Assembly (NCBI GenBank): GCA_019561615.1
Contig: JAHEQA010000004.1
Coordinates: 5,231-69,230, forward strand
DNA: 64,000 nucleotides
Source: Methanothermococcus sp. SCGC AD-155-E23
GTDB taxonomy: Archaea > AGJL01 > Methanococci > Methanococcales > Methanococcaceae
Direction: 5' to 3'
Made by a program: the position numbers and the translations under genes. This document shows positions 42,204 to 52,840 of the stretch, piece after piece. The notes below the pieces were generated by a model. It saw only the letters and a list, made by a program, of their open reading frames with translations. It did no database searches and was not told the origin of the DNA. Positions within the stretch are counted from its first letter, which is position 1; each line of letters opens with the position of its first letter.

Positions 42204-42970
42204 TTTATTCTCGTCCCAATACTCTCATCCCCTATTAGCCCTCTATAGATGTTGCCCCTCCTACTCCCGTTGAATATAAGTACCTTGACACCCATCTTGT
42301 AGGCCTCCATCACCTTGAGGTACATTCCCCCAGTTACATCCTCCTTTTTAGAGGACTTTAGATATTTCACAACCTCTTTTATGTTTTCTGAGTTGATACT
42401 CCTTATTACCTCACCCTCTCCATCTAGTACCCCATCTACATCTGAGGCGTGGAGACTTATATCTGGTTTTAATCTTTTAGTGAGATAGGGTAGTGCATGA
42501 TCTCCAGAGAATATCCTATAACCCTCTCTCTCAGATATTACAACGTCTCCATGGATTACTGGTACCAACCCCCTTTTTAACATACCCTCTATTACGTAGG
42601 TGTCAAAGTGGATTCCCTCCTCCCTGAAGGCTACAAAGGAGGAGGGCTGGATAGAAACCCCTGGGATACCATAATCCTGAAGGGCATCTATCACCAAGGT
42701 GTTGAACCTCCTCATGGCTTTTTGAATCTCCCAAAAACCCCTCTCCATATTTTCAAATCTTCCCTTTTTCATGTATTTCCTTGCCACAGGGTGGCCAAAG
42801 GAACCTCCTCCGTGGATAAGTATCAGCTTCAACTCCTCCCCCCTCTCTAGGTAGTAGTCCATAGCCCTCCTGATCTCCTCTGCAACCCTCTCTAAGTTGT
42901 CCCACTTTACAGAGAAGGGGATGTCCCTGTTACAGAGTACACTACCTCCAATCTTCAAGATCGCAAACAT
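42200..42970 (-). CDS. Isopentenyl phosphate kinase
   Basis: KIGGSV, HGGGSFGH, HGD, SGD, DVTGGM. Confidence 0.92.
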   Translation of the reverse strand: MFAILKIGGSVLCNRDIPFSVKWDNLERVAEEIRRAMDYYLERGEELKLILIHGGGSFGHPVARKYMKKGRFENMERGFWEIQKAMRRFNTLVIDALQDYGIPGVSIQPSSFVAFREEGIHFDTYVIEGMLKRGLVPVIHGDVVISEREGYRIFSGDHALPYLTKRLKPDISLHASDVDGVLDGEGEVIRSINSENIKEVVKYLKSSKKEDVTGGMYLKVMEAYKMGVKVLIFNGSRRGNIYRGLIGDESIGTRIN

Positions 42971-43038
42971 ACTATCCCAATACTTTTTTTATAATCTTCT
43001 TAATAATTAATAATGAGAGTCTTAATTCTGGTGAAACT

Positions 43039-44439
43039 ATGTTTATAAATGGGAAGTGGATACTACGAAAGGATCTAGAGGTTTTCAACCCCTACAACCT
43101 TGAGACCATAGGATACATACCCTCTCTAAGTAGGGAGGAGGTTAGGGAGGCTATCTCCATAGCCCAGGAGTATAAAGATACAATGAAGGAGTTGTCCCCC
43201 TCTAAGCGATACGGTATCCTAATGGATATAGCTAGGGAGATTCAGAGGAGGAAGGAGGAGTTGGCAAGGATTATAACCCTAGATGCAGGGAAGCCTATAA
43301 GGCAGTCTATAATAGAGGTGGATAGATGTATAGGGGTATTTAAACTTGCAGCCTTCTACGCCAAGGAGATGAGGGGGGAGACCATACCTCTAGAGGATGG
43401 GATAATACTGACAAAGAGAGAACCTGTAGGTCTCCTAGGCGCCATAACCCCCTTTAACTTCCCCCTGAATCTGGTGGCACATAAGGTAGCCCCTGCCATT
43501 GCAGTTGGTAACGTTGTAGTGCTTCACCCCTCCCCTAAGGCTCCAATGGCAGCCATTGAACTAACGAAGATTATAGAGAAGGTACTTAAAAAGAGGGAAG
43601 TACCTCTAGGAGTCTTCCACCTCTTAACTGGTAGGGGGGAGATAGTTGGGGATGAGATAGTAAGGAACGAGAATGTAAATATGGTATCCTTCACTGGGAG
43701 TGTGGAGGTTGGGGAGTCTATTACAAGGAACGCTGGATTTAAAAAGATAACGCTGGAGTTGGGAGGTAACAACCCCACCATTGTACTTAAGGACGCCCCT
43801 ATAGATAGGGCTGTTAAGTCTACAGTTAGGGGGAAGTTTCTAAACGCTGGCCAGGTATGTATATCTGTAGGTAAGGTGTTAGTTGAGGAGGAGGTTGCAG
43901 AGAGTTTTATAGAGGGGGTAATTAGGGAGACTAAGAAGTTGAAGGTTGGGGATCCAATGAAGAGGGAGACAGATGTAGGACCCCTTATCACACCTGAAAG
44001 TGCTGAGAGGGTGGAGAATCTTATAAAACAGGCGTTGGAGGAGGGAGGTAAACTTCTCTACGGAGGAAAGAGGGAAGGGAATATAGTCTATCCTACGGTG
44101 ATGGAGGTAGATGCAGACAATATACTCTGTAAGGTAGAGGTATTTGGCCCTGTACTGCCTATAGTTAGGGTGGAGAGTATGGAGGAGGCTGTAGAGATAA
44201 GTAACAACAGCATATACGGGTTACATGCCGGGGTATTTACAAGGGACATAGAGAAGGCCCTTTGGATAGCAGATAAACTGGAGTATGGAGGGGTTATAAT
44301 AAACAACAGTCCAACATTTAGGGTGGACAACATGCCCTTTGGAGGGGTTAAGAGAAGTGGTTTAGGGAGAGAAGGTGTAAAGTACGCCATAGAGGAGATG
44401 AGTGAGATAAAGACTGTTGTAATAAAGTTAGATAGGTGA
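43039..44439 (+). CDS. Lactaldehyde dehydrogenase (ALDH family)
   Basis: ITPFNFP, FTGS, LELGGN, AGQVC, EVFGP, PFGGVK. Confidence 0.85.
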   Translation: MFINGKWILRKDLEVFNPYNLETIGYIPSLSREEVREAISIAQEYKDTMKELSPSKRYGILMDIAREIQRRKEELARIITLDAGKPIRQSIIEVDRCIGVFKLAAFYAKEMRGETIPLEDGIILTKREPVGLLGAITPFNFPLNLVAHKVAPAIAVGNVVVLHPSPKAPMAAIELTKIIEKVLKKREVPLGVFHLLTGRGEIVGDEIVRNENVNMVSFTGSVEVGESITRNAGFKKITLELGGNNPTIVLKDAPIDRAVKSTVRGKFLNAGQVCISVGKVLVEEEVAESFIEGVIRETKKLKVGDPMKRETDVGPLITPESAERVENLIKQALEEGGKLLYGGKREGNIVYPTVMEVDADNILCKVEVFGPVLPIVRVESMEEAVEISNNSIYGLHAGVFTRDIEKALWIADKLEYGGVIINNSPTFRVDNMPFGGVKRSGLGREGVKYAIEEMSEIKTVVIKLDR

Positions 44440-44443
44440 AAAT

Positions 44444-46603
44444 ATGAGCTCCAGAAATCTACTTTTAATCTTTATTGTTGGAGTCTCTCTTTTAAGTTGT
44501 CATGCCCTAGATGTAGAGTATAAATGGGCCTCGACAATTCCTGTCAAGTATATACCTCTCTCCTCTATTACAACAGAGGAGGAGTTAAACTACTACCTGA
44601 ACAACAAGGATATAGTTGTCTTCTACATAGACAATGAATTTAATATAAGGAGGGACGAATGGAAGCTCTACAAACTTAACATTACCAGGGTTATTCCAGA
44701 GAGGATCCCTGATTACGGAGAGTACCTCTTCGTAGATCTGGGGAACAGTATAGTACTCTACCCTGAAGGTTTTACAACATCCACTAAAAAGTACGTCTTC
44801 CGTGATGACGATGGAGGATTGATATACTGCCCACCGAAACCTGTAAACAACACCCGCTATGTCCCTAAACATGTCCCCCCAATCTATGTAGAGGTACCAG
44901 GTAGGATTCCTGAATTTGACGGTTATGCTCTAATAGTCAACGGCACCTTTGTCCTCTACCCCAAAAAGTATGTAATTAGAGAGGAAGACGGTTCCTTAGT
45001 TTATCATCCACCTATGAACGCCAGTGGGAACAGAGAGCTTCTAGAGGTTTATGGGTATGTCGTTGAAAGGATTCCAGAGTATTACAACTACACCCTGGTC
45101 TCTACTGAGAGTATTTTTATTCTATACCCCAAGAAGTATATTGTAAGGACTGAAGATGGTACACTTATCTACAACCCACCTGTAGAGGTAAAGGAGGAGG
45201 TACCAGTATATAACATTACTACAAGGGTGATAGATGGAGAGAGAGGTATATTCGAGATCAAACCTAAGAAGATACTTATTACCTCTAACATAGATCCAGA
45301 TAGCAAGGAGATACTGGACTTTGTGGGCTACTACGTCTCCGAGCACAATGGGACCTTTGCCTATATAAATAAGGTACCTCCCAGGTACAGACATACCCTT
45401 GTAACAGCTGTGGCTGTCCAGAGAGCTGTATTGGATGAGAAGGGGGACTATATCATAGAGGTGGCAGGGCGTAAGTTAAAGGTAGACTGGAGGGACGACC
45501 AACTGCTAAATAAGAAGATAAGGCGTCTAAAGGCACTCTCAAAACTACTGAGAATAAATATTACCTATATTTCCACAGGGGATGAACTCCTGGATATCAT
45601 CGAAAATAGTGAGATAGATAGGGAAGAGTTAGAGGAGTTACTTAATACCTACTGGTTTAAAAAGAGGTTGAAGAATATCTACTTCCACACCTATGTAAGT
45701 TCCCTGGATAGAGGATACTACACCAGAGATTTGGATATCCTTTCCATGGGCTACTACCCAAACATATACGTCCACAAGGCACCTGAGACCTTTAAAAATG
45801 ATCCAATAGGTGGTTTCTACCCAGAAACTATATCATATGTAGGAACTGTTAAGATGGGATACTGGGGGAAGGAGTTAAACTCTGAGAACGAGTACTATTA
45901 CCATGTAAAGGATGAACCTGGTGCCGAGGAGGGGATCACATACTGGTACTACCAGGGAAGACCTGTATCTCCAACTATGGACTTTAAGTTAAACGAGGAG
46001 AAGTACAAGTACTTCAATCACTGGTTTGTAAAGAACTACGGTAACACCCTGACTAGAGGAGCAGATGGATTACTACTACCTTCAAGTGATAGGTATCTCC
46101 TAGATGCAGTACTTGGCAGGGACAACAAGGAGATAAATTGGAAGCTAGACATAGAGGGGAAGGTAGAGTACATTGTAATGCCTGGAAAGGGGAAACCTGC
46201 CATAGAGGGAAAAATTACCCTTTTGAAGGTACCTGGGATATTTGAGGACCTATATGGAGTGCCCTATATAAAAGAGTGCTACATTCCTCCAGAGGAGGAG
46301 AGACCTGGAGTATATATAGGGGATATAGTAGGATACAACTACAGTAGGTTGTACTACTGGAAGGATAACTACACCTGGATCTGTTCCTTTAGAGACTACG
46401 CCAGATGGATAAGGAACTACATAGAGAGTGGGATATTTGTAAAGGATGATGGCAGTGTTCAACTAATAACCAGTATCCCTGTAAAGGTAACCATATACAC
46501 AAAAAATGTTACCTATCCTGCAAATGTCTCTGTAGAGGAGTACAGTAAAGATCTAAACAAGGTGGTGCTCTACCTCCCAGGAGGCTCATATCAGGTAAAG
46601 TAA
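44444..46603 (+). CDS. Secreted protein with three ~45-aa internal repeats
   Basis: Signal peptide; repeats RIP(D/E)(Y/F)..LYP..KKY..R..DG.L.Y.PP. Confidence 0.8.
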   Translation: MSSRNLLLIFIVGVSLLSCHALDVEYKWASTIPVKYIPLSSITTEEELNYYLNNKDIVVFYIDNEFNIRRDEWKLYKLNITRVIPERIPDYGEYLFVDLGNSIVLYPEGFTTSTKKYVFRDDDGGLIYCPPKPVNNTRYVPKHVPPIYVEVPGRIPEFDGYALIVNGTFVLYPKKYVIREEDGSLVYHPPMNASGNRELLEVYGYVVERIPEYYNYTLVSTESIFILYPKKYIVRTEDGTLIYNPPVEVKEEVPVYNITTRVIDGERGIFEIKPKKILITSNIDPDSKEILDFVGYYVSEHNGTFAYINKVPPRYRHTLVTAVAVQRAVLDEKGDYIIEVAGRKLKVDWRDDQLLNKKIRRLKALSKLLRINITYISTGDELLDIIENSEIDREELEELLNTYWFKKRLKNIYFHTYVSSLDRGYYTRDLDILSMGYYPNIYVHKAPETFKNDPIGGFYPETISYVGTVKMGYWGKELNSENEYYYHVKDEPGAEEGITYWYYQGRPVSPTMDFKLNEEKYKYFNHWFVKNYGNTLTRGADGLLLPSSDRYLLDAVLGRDNKEINWKLDIEGKVEYIVMPGKGKPAIEGKITLLKVPGIFEDLYGVPYIKECYIPPEEERPGVYIGDIVGYNYSRLYYWKDNYTWICSFRDYARWIRNYIESGIFVKDDGSVQLITSIPVKVTIYTKNVTYPANVSVEEYSKDLNKVVLYLPGGSYQVK

Positions 46604-46681
46604 TTTTTATCTTTTTTTAAAATTTTTAAATAATAATTTAATAGTTATTTTTAAAGTCTTTATACAGTATCCGGTGATAAC

Positions 46682-47704
46682 ATGGATGTATGGATAGATT
46701 TTACAAATTCACCCCATGTTCACTATTTTTCCCAACTTATAAAGAGGTTTGAGAGGGAGGGAATAGAATACCTTATAACTTACAGGAGATTTAAAAACCT
46801 TGAATCTATTGTTAAACTCTACAACTATAACTCACCCCCTGTACTTGTAGGAGCCCATGGAGAGAGTTTAGAGGAGAAACTTCTAAACTCTGCAGATAGG
46901 ATTATCAAGTTGACAAAGATGATAATGAAGGACAAACCTCAGGTGGCTATTGCAAAACACTCAGTTGAACTTCCAAGGGTGGCCTTTGGTTTAAATATCC
47001 CCTCTATATTTGTGGTGGACAACGAGTATGCAGAGGCCCAGAATAGATTGACCTTACCTATAGTAGATGAGGTCATCTCCCCCCAAGGTACTAACAGGGA
47101 TCTTTTAAGGAGACAGGGGGGTAGAGATTTCTTAACCTTCGAGGGTACCTGTGAGGTGGCACATATAAACTCCAGGTTTAACAACGTACTACCTTTAGAT
47201 AGGGAGATAGTGGAAAGAATAGGGTTAAGTAGGGATCTTCCCCTTATAGTTATGAGGCCCTGTCCAAACTCCTCCTACTGCAACGGTAAGAAGGACATAC
47301 TACCCTTTATCATTAAAGAGTTAAGGAGGATCATGGACTGCAATATCGTGGTATTTCCAAGGAGTAAGAAACAGAGGAGGATGTATTCCCTTCTAGGAGT
47401 TACCATACCTGAGGTCGTAGATACCATATCCCTACTCTACTACGCCGATGCCATGGTGGGAGCAGGAGGTACTATGAATAGGGAGGCTGCAGTTATAGGG
47501 GTACCAACTGTATCCTGTTATCCTGGATGTATCCTCGGTGTAGACAACTACCTGATAGAGAGAGGTAGGATGGTACATCTAGTATCTGTGAAGGAGATTG
47601 TAAGCTACATAGAGGAGAACGTTGGGAAGAGGAGTAACAGTATCCATCTGGAGGATCCTACAGATCTCATGTTTGAAAGGGTATGTGAATACCTGAAGAG
47701 GTAG
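46682..47704 (+). CDS. DUF354 family (GT-B/UDP-GlcNAc epimerase-like fold)
   Basis: VWIDFTNSPHVH, GAHG, GAGGTMNREAAVIGVP. Confidence 0.87.
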   Translation: MDVWIDFTNSPHVHYFSQLIKRFEREGIEYLITYRRFKNLESIVKLYNYNSPPVLVGAHGESLEEKLLNSADRIIKLTKMIMKDKPQVAIAKHSVELPRVAFGLNIPSIFVVDNEYAEAQNRLTLPIVDEVISPQGTNRDLLRRQGGRDFLTFEGTCEVAHINSRFNNVLPLDREIVERIGLSRDLPLIVMRPCPNSSYCNGKKDILPFIIKELRRIMDCNIVVFPRSKKQRRMYSLLGVTIPEVVDTISLLYYADAMVGAGGTMNREAAVIGVPTVSCYPGCILGVDNYLIERGRMVHLVSVKEIVSYIEENVGKRSNSIHLEDPTDLMFERVCEYLKR

Positions 47705-47710
47705 GAAAGT

Positions 47711-48442
47711 ATGATGTCAAAAAAAATTTCCATTAGAGAGTCCAACATCCTTATAAAGACTGAGAATAGGGTATACATAGAGATAGCCAGGAGTATACTT
47801 CTTCGGGAGAGGTTAATCCTCGAGCACTATATAAGGAGACATCCAGAGTTTTTAACAAGTTACGAACCCCTGGAGGTTGAGGAGGACGCTCCAAGGGTTG
47901 TTAAACTTATGGCGAGATCTGGGTGGAATGCTGACGTTGGTCCTATGGCGGCAGTTGCAGGATCTATCAGTCAGATAATTGTAGAGGAGGTCTCCAAATA
48001 CGGATGTAGAAATATTATCTCCAACAACGGGGGAGATATAGCACTAAGGTCAGAGGGGGATGTTGTTGTTGGATTATACGCTGGTAATTCACCACTCTCT
48101 GATGAGATTGGGTTTAAAATAGATGGAGAGACTGAGGGTTACGGTGTATGTACCTCCTCTGGAACTGTTGGTCACTCTGTAAGTTTTGGAAACGCCGATG
48201 CTGTAGTGGTCTTTGCAGAGGAGAGTAGTATTGCAGATGGAGCTGCCACCAGTATAGGGAACTTTGCAGTTGGTTCTCCAGAGGAGGCTATAAACAAGTG
48301 CCTTGAAAGGGCAGAGTGCATAGAAGGTATTGATGGAGTCTTTGTTGTTGTTGGAGAGTATGCAGGTAAGGTAGGGAGGATCCCCAAGTTAGTTAAAACA
48401 GATAAAAAAGTTACATATGGAGAACTCTTTGAGATGATTTAA
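47711..48442 (+). CDS. UPF0280 / ApbE-like protein
   Basis: VGPMAAVAG, NGGDI, CTSSGTVGHSVSFG. Confidence 0.9.
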   Translation: MMSKKISIRESNILIKTENRVYIEIARSILLRERLILEHYIRRHPEFLTSYEPLEVEEDAPRVVKLMARSGWNADVGPMAAVAGSISQIIVEEVSKYGCRNIISNNGGDIALRSEGDVVVGLYAGNSPLSDEIGFKIDGETEGYGVCTSSGTVGHSVSFGNADAVVVFAEESSIADGAATSIGNFAVGSPEEAINKCLERAECIEGIDGVFVVVGEYAGKVGRIPKLVKTDKKVTYGELFEMI

Positions 48443-48458
48443 AAAAGTAAAAAAGAGA

Positions 48459-48935
48459 TTATTTAATTGGTACGAACATGGATCCTCTAGTTGCCCCTAC
48501 TCCTGGAGCACCATGTTTAACGATCTGTCTAGTTAGGGCAAACTCTCCCAAGTATCTCCCAATAGCCTCCTCCACTATCTTTACCTCTTTAAACTCCTTC
48601 CCGTTATGTATTCCAATGGTTAGTCCCACCATCTCAGGTATGATTATGAAGTCCCTACAGTGGGTTCTTATTACCTTAGGCTCCTTACCTCTGTTCAACA
48701 ACCTCCTGGCTCTTCTAATCTTCTTCAACAACTTTCTATGCTTTGGGTTGATACCCCTTGCCAAACTTCTCAGTAAACTTCTCCTCTGTCTTGCCGGAAG
48801 AAGTTCTGCAAATTTTTTTAATGGCATCTTCTGAAGCTCCTCTAAAGTATAACCTCTGTATCTAAACTCCCCTCTTCTCCTAAGAGTTTCCTCCTTTTTT
48901 TTTCTAGCCCTTCTTCCTCCAGCCTTTTTAGCCAT
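48459..48935 (-). CDS. rps19: 30S ribosomal protein uS19
   Basis: [28 protein letters not shown]. Confidence 0.96.
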   Translation of the reverse strand: MAKKAGGRRARKKKEETLRRRGEFRYRGYTLEELQKMPLKKFAELLPARQRRSLLRSLARGINPKHRKLLKKIRRARRLLNRGKEPKVIRTHCRDFIIIPEMVGLTIGIHNGKEFKEVKIVEEAIGRYLGEFALTRQIVKHGAPGVGATRGSMFVPIK

Positions 48936-48956
48936 TTTTTCACCTTTTATATTTCT

Positions 48957-49682
48957 TTACTTCCTTCTTCCTGTCCTTCTAGCAGCGATATGTCCAACCT
49001 TTCTTCCTGGAGGTGCATTTCTTGCAGTTGTAGTAGGTCTACCTACGTGCTGGTGTCTACCTCCACCGTAGGGGTGGTCTACAGCGTTCATTGCCACCCC
49101 TCTTACCCTTGGCCATACTACAGCCTTAGCCTTCATGGCGTGGTACTTCTTACCAGCCTTTGTAAAGGGCTTCTCCTTTCTACCTCCCCCTGCAACAACA
49201 CCTATTGTAGCTCTACACATTGGATGTAGTGGCTTTATCTGACCAGAAGGAAGTTTTACCATGGTTTTTTCACTGTCGTGGGCTATTATATAGGCGTAAC
49301 TTCCTCCAGATCTAACTAACTTACCACCGTCCCCAGGTATGGTCTCTATGTTGTATACAGGGATACCCTCAGGTATATGACCTATTGGCAGTACATTTCC
49401 AGGTTTTATCTCTGCCTTTACCCCACACTCTATCCTATCGTTAACCTTCATACCCTCAGGAACTAGCATCAACTTCTCTTCACCGTTTTCAAACTTTACA
49501 GTGGCCACAGGGGCACTTCTTCCAGGGTCATGGAGTATGTCGGTTATCACTCCAACGATCTTATCATTCTTTTCTAAATCGTCAAACTTTCTATACTTAA
49601 CTCTACCTCTCCTCTTGTGGGTAGGTGAGGTATACTTTGGAGTACCTCTACCTCTATTCTGAGATATTAACCTCTTTCCCAT
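48957..49682 (-). CDS. rpl2: 50S ribosomal protein uL2
   Basis: HDPGRSAP, RGVAMNAVDHPYGGG. Confidence 0.97.
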   Translation of the reverse strand: MGKRLISQNRGRGTPKYTSPTHKRRGRVKYRKFDDLEKNDKIVGVITDILHDPGRSAPVATVKFENGEEKLMLVPEGMKVNDRIECGVKAEIKPGNVLPIGHIPEGIPVYNIETIPGDGGKLVRSGGSYAYIIAHDSEKTMVKLPSGQIKPLHPMCRATIGVVAGGGRKEKPFTKAGKKYHAMKAKAVVWPRVRGVAMNAVDHPYGGGRHQHVGRPTTTARNAPPGRKVGHIAARRTGRRK

Positions 49683-49703
49683 ACTATCACCCTAAAAAAT
49701 TAA

Positions 49704-49964
49704 TTAGTAGATACCTAGGTTAGCTGCAATCTCTCCGGCGTCGTATCCCTCCTTCAATTTAACATAGGCCTTTTTTCTCCCATCAGGTGTAATAAGTACA
49801 TTCACCTTACTTACCTCCACGTTAAAGAGCTCCTCAACAGCCCTCTTAATATCCCTCTTAGTAGCCCTCCTATCTACGTAGAATACCAACTTGTTCTCCT
49901 CCTCGATAAGTCTCATAGCCTTTTCACTTACTACAGGCATCTTGATAACGTCGAAGACATCCAT
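49704..49964 (-). CDS. rpl23: 50S ribosomal protein uL23
   Basis: SEKA..NKLVFYV, KKAYVKL. Confidence 0.95.
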   Translation of the reverse strand: MDVFDVIKMPVVSEKAMRLIEEENKLVFYVDRRATKRDIKRAVEELFNVEVSKVNVLITPDGRKKAYVKLKEGYDAGEIAANLGIY

Positions 49965-49973
49965 AAGACCACC

Positions 49974-50735
49974 TCAGTGGAACCTCTCCCTTAACTTCTC
50001 TATAGCCCCTTCAGTCCAAAGTGTTAACCTTCCAGCATCTCCTCCAGGTGCTATATGGAGTATTCCTAAACTATCTGCAGTGATTACATCTACACCTGGT
50101 AGATTTCTACAGCCTTTTATAACATCGCAGAGATCACTTACAACTACCAACACACTCTTAGGTTTCCTGTACCTTCTCCCTCTCATCTTACCCTTTCCAG
50201 CCCTGATCTTGATACCCTCCTTAGCCCTCTCAACGTCTTTATCTAGACCTAGACTTTTAAATACCTCAAATACCTCCTTGGTCTTTGAGAGACTTTCAAA
50301 CTCATTCTCTACAACTAGTGGAAGGGAGGGTACGTCATCTATAATATGTCCTCTACTTCTTACCAACTCAGGATTTGCAGAGGCTGCTATGGCACTCATT
50401 AACGCCTTAATCCTCTCCCTCTTATTTATCCTCTCATGGAGTATCTTCTCTACCTTAGGGGGGTGGCACCTCCTACCTCCCACAGCCTGGGGTACAAAGG
50501 CAGCCCTACCCTCCCTAGTCCTTCTCACCCTTGCCATTCCATGCCCCTTACCTATGGACTTTGCAGAGGTCCTTTTACCAGCCATAGGATCTACTCCCTT
50601 TGGTTGCAGCCTTGCAGTAAAGGCTGAGAGAAAGGCCCTCCTTATTAAGTCAGGTCTGTACTCTGTCTCAAATATCCCAGGTAACTCTATCTCCCCCTTC
50701 TCAGAGCCATCTAGTCCATATACCTTAGCTATCAT
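49974..50735 (-). CDS. rpl4: 50S ribosomal protein uL4
   Basis: [33 protein letters not shown]-like IAPGG. Confidence 0.96.
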   Translation of the reverse strand: MIAKVYGLDGSEKGEIELPGIFETEYRPDLIRRAFLSAFTARLQPKGVDPMAGKRTSAKSIGKGHGMARVRRTREGRAAFVPQAVGGRRCHPPKVEKILHERINKRERIKALMSAIAASANPELVRSRGHIIDDVPSLPLVVENEFESLSKTKEVFEVFKSLGLDKDVERAKEGIKIRAGKGKMRGRRYRKPKSVLVVVSDLCDVIKGCRNLPGVDVITADSLGILHIAPGGDAGRLTLWTEGAIEKLRERFH

Positions 50736-50759
50736 TTTAACACCCTAAAAAATTATTAT

Positions 50760-51761
50760 TTAGACACCCTGTTTAGATTCCCTACTTAGGTAGGTTATCT
50801 CAGGTAATCCAAACTTATCCTCTGGGCTCCTTATGGCACTTCTCAGTACTACCAGTCTCTTTGGAGGTCCCTGAACTGAACCTTGGAGGATTACATACTT
50901 GTTTTTAATAACTCCGTAGTGTAAGAATCCTCCCTTAGGAGTTACCTCCTCTCCGTTATCTCCAATCTTCAATATCCTCTTGTTGTACTCTGTCCTTTGA
51001 TGGTACCCCATCTGTCCAGCCATGGGTACAGTCCACATAACCCTCTTGGGAGTCCATGGTCCTATGGAACCTACGTGCCTACCTACCCCCTGTCTCTGGT
51101 GCTTTCCAAACTGTATCTTTACACCCCATCTCTTAACAGGTCCCTGGAAACCTTTACCCTTTGTAACTGCAATTGTATCTACAAATTCACCCTCTGAGAA
51201 TACATCCCTTATAGAGATAGATTTTCCTAGGATCTCCTTGGCGTAGGAGAGTCTCTCGTTGAGGTTTTTACCACCGATTCTTATCTCCAGTATCTCAGGC
51301 TTCTTCTTTGGAAGACATGTATTTTTGGGGTTTGTATGTACTATGGCCCTTACATCCTCTATCTTGTCCACAAGTTTGTCCAACTTATCCACATCGCACT
51401 CCCTGTTCTTTGGAAGGGTTATCTTTCTAGCTAACTCCTTATCCAGGTTATCAGCCCATACCTCAGTTAAGGTCTTTAAACCCCTTGTAGTTTTCTCGTA
51501 AACCCTAATCCCTGCAACGTTAATATCTGGAGCCTCCAAGATAGTTACAGGTGTGAATACCTCCTGTCCAGCATTTGGACTATTGGGGTTGTTCTCCTTA
51601 ATGAGGGCATGTGTAGTACCTGCCTTGTAGACAGGGAAGGCCTGGAGCCTTACCCTCTCCTCATCTGGCCAGGATCTTATCTTTGGGACTGGTCTCTTAG
51701 CCCTCTTCCTAGGACTAAATGCTAGAGACCCTCTACGAGGTCTATTTCTATTCATACCCAT
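50760..51761 (-). CDS. rpl3: 50S ribosomal protein uL3
   Basis: [38 protein letters not shown]. Confidence 0.97.
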   Translation of the reverse strand: MGMNRNRPRRGSLAFSPRKRAKRPVPKIRSWPDEERVRLQAFPVYKAGTTHALIKENNPNSPNAGQEVFTPVTILEAPDINVAGIRVYEKTTRGLKTLTEVWADNLDKELARKITLPKNRECDVDKLDKLVDKIEDVRAIVHTNPKNTCLPKKKPEILEIRIGGKNLNERLSYAKEILGKSISIRDVFSEGEFVDTIAVTKGKGFQGPVKRWGVKIQFGKHQRQGVGRHVGSIGPWTPKRVMWTVPMAGQMGYHQRTEYNKRILKIGDNGEEVTPKGGFLHYGVIKNKYVILQGSVQGPPKRLVVLRSAIRSPEDKFGLPEITYLSRESKQGV

Positions 51762-51961
51762 AGGTATAACCTCCAAAAATTGTTGATAAATTAATAAAAA
51801 ATTGTCAACAGGTGTTTTTAGAGGTTGCAAAAAAGACGGTGGTGATATCTTTAATGTTTAGGGAATTTTGTTCTATATAAATTTAACCCATAAAATATTA
51901 ATAGCCTCTGACACCCATAAGAATAGATTTAAGTGTGGTATATAAAACTTTTGGTGAGATA

Positions 51962-52555
51962 ATGGAAAAAATAGACCTAATGGAGTACTTTGAAAAAAAG
52001 GACAGTACCAGGGAGGAGATACTTAAGATCTACAGGGAGATAGTGAGGGACTGTGCCATGAATATCCGCCATGTCCAAAAGATGAAGAGGGATGAGATAT
52101 CCTTTGAGGTGGTGGATAAACTTAGAAAGCTGGAGGAGTTGACAAGTGAGTACTACGACTTTGGGAAGTATCTAAACCTACCTCAGCAGGAGTACGTGGA
52201 GTTCCAGGTGTTCTACAATATAGTATTTGAGAACAGATACCTGGAGTACCACGAATTGGAGGTAGAGGTTAAACCTGAGAATTACATCCTAGGGATCTGT
52301 GATGTAGTGGGGGAGTTGAGAAGGATGGTGTTGGAGTCTATAAAAAATGACGACATTGAGAGTGCCGAGAGATACTACAGGTTCATGGAGAAGATATACG
52401 ACGAGGTGATAAAGTACGACTACTACTATGTAATTGAGGGTCTAAGAAAGAAACAGGATATGTGTAGGGGTATCCTGGAAAGGACCTATGGAGACCTAGT
52501 TACCTTCGTGGAGAATTTGAAGTTGAGGAGGGAACTGGAGAAGGTGAGGAGTTAA
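51962..52555 (+). CDS. Translin family protein
   Basis: RE..LK..R, QEYVE, YILGICDVVGELRR, LRKKQD. Confidence 0.85.
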   Translation: MEKIDLMEYFEKKDSTREEILKIYREIVRDCAMNIRHVQKMKRDEISFEVVDKLRKLEELTSEYYDFGKYLNLPQQEYVEFQVFYNIVFENRYLEYHELEVEVKPENYILGICDVVGELRRMVLESIKNDDIESAERYYRFMEKIYDEVIKYDYYYVIEGLRKKQDMCRGILERTYGDLVTFVENLKLRRELEKVRS

Positions 52556-52613
52556 TATTTTTTTATTGTAATGATACATTTAAATGAATGGATATAAAAG
52601 ATAATAAAAAATA

Positions 52614-52691
52614 TGGTAGGGCAGCGGGGATTTGAACCCCGGACCACTCGGTTATCAGCCGAGCACTCTAACCAGGCTGAGCTACTGCCCT
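52614..52691 (-). tRNA. tRNA-Ile(GAT)
   Basis: AGGGCAGTAGCTCAGCCTGGTTAGAG..CTCGG-CTGATAA-CCGAG..GTTCAAATC..CCCTACCA. Confidence 0.96.
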
Positions 52692-52840
52692 ACATCCACT
52701 GGAACTGTGCATGATTTAATAAGTAGAAGTAGTATATAAACTTTTTTATAATTGGTTAATTTAAATATTCAAAATTATCGAAATATAGCTTTTTATTAAG
52801 ATTGGGGTTATCATTTTATTAAAAAGGTAGCGGTGTAAGG

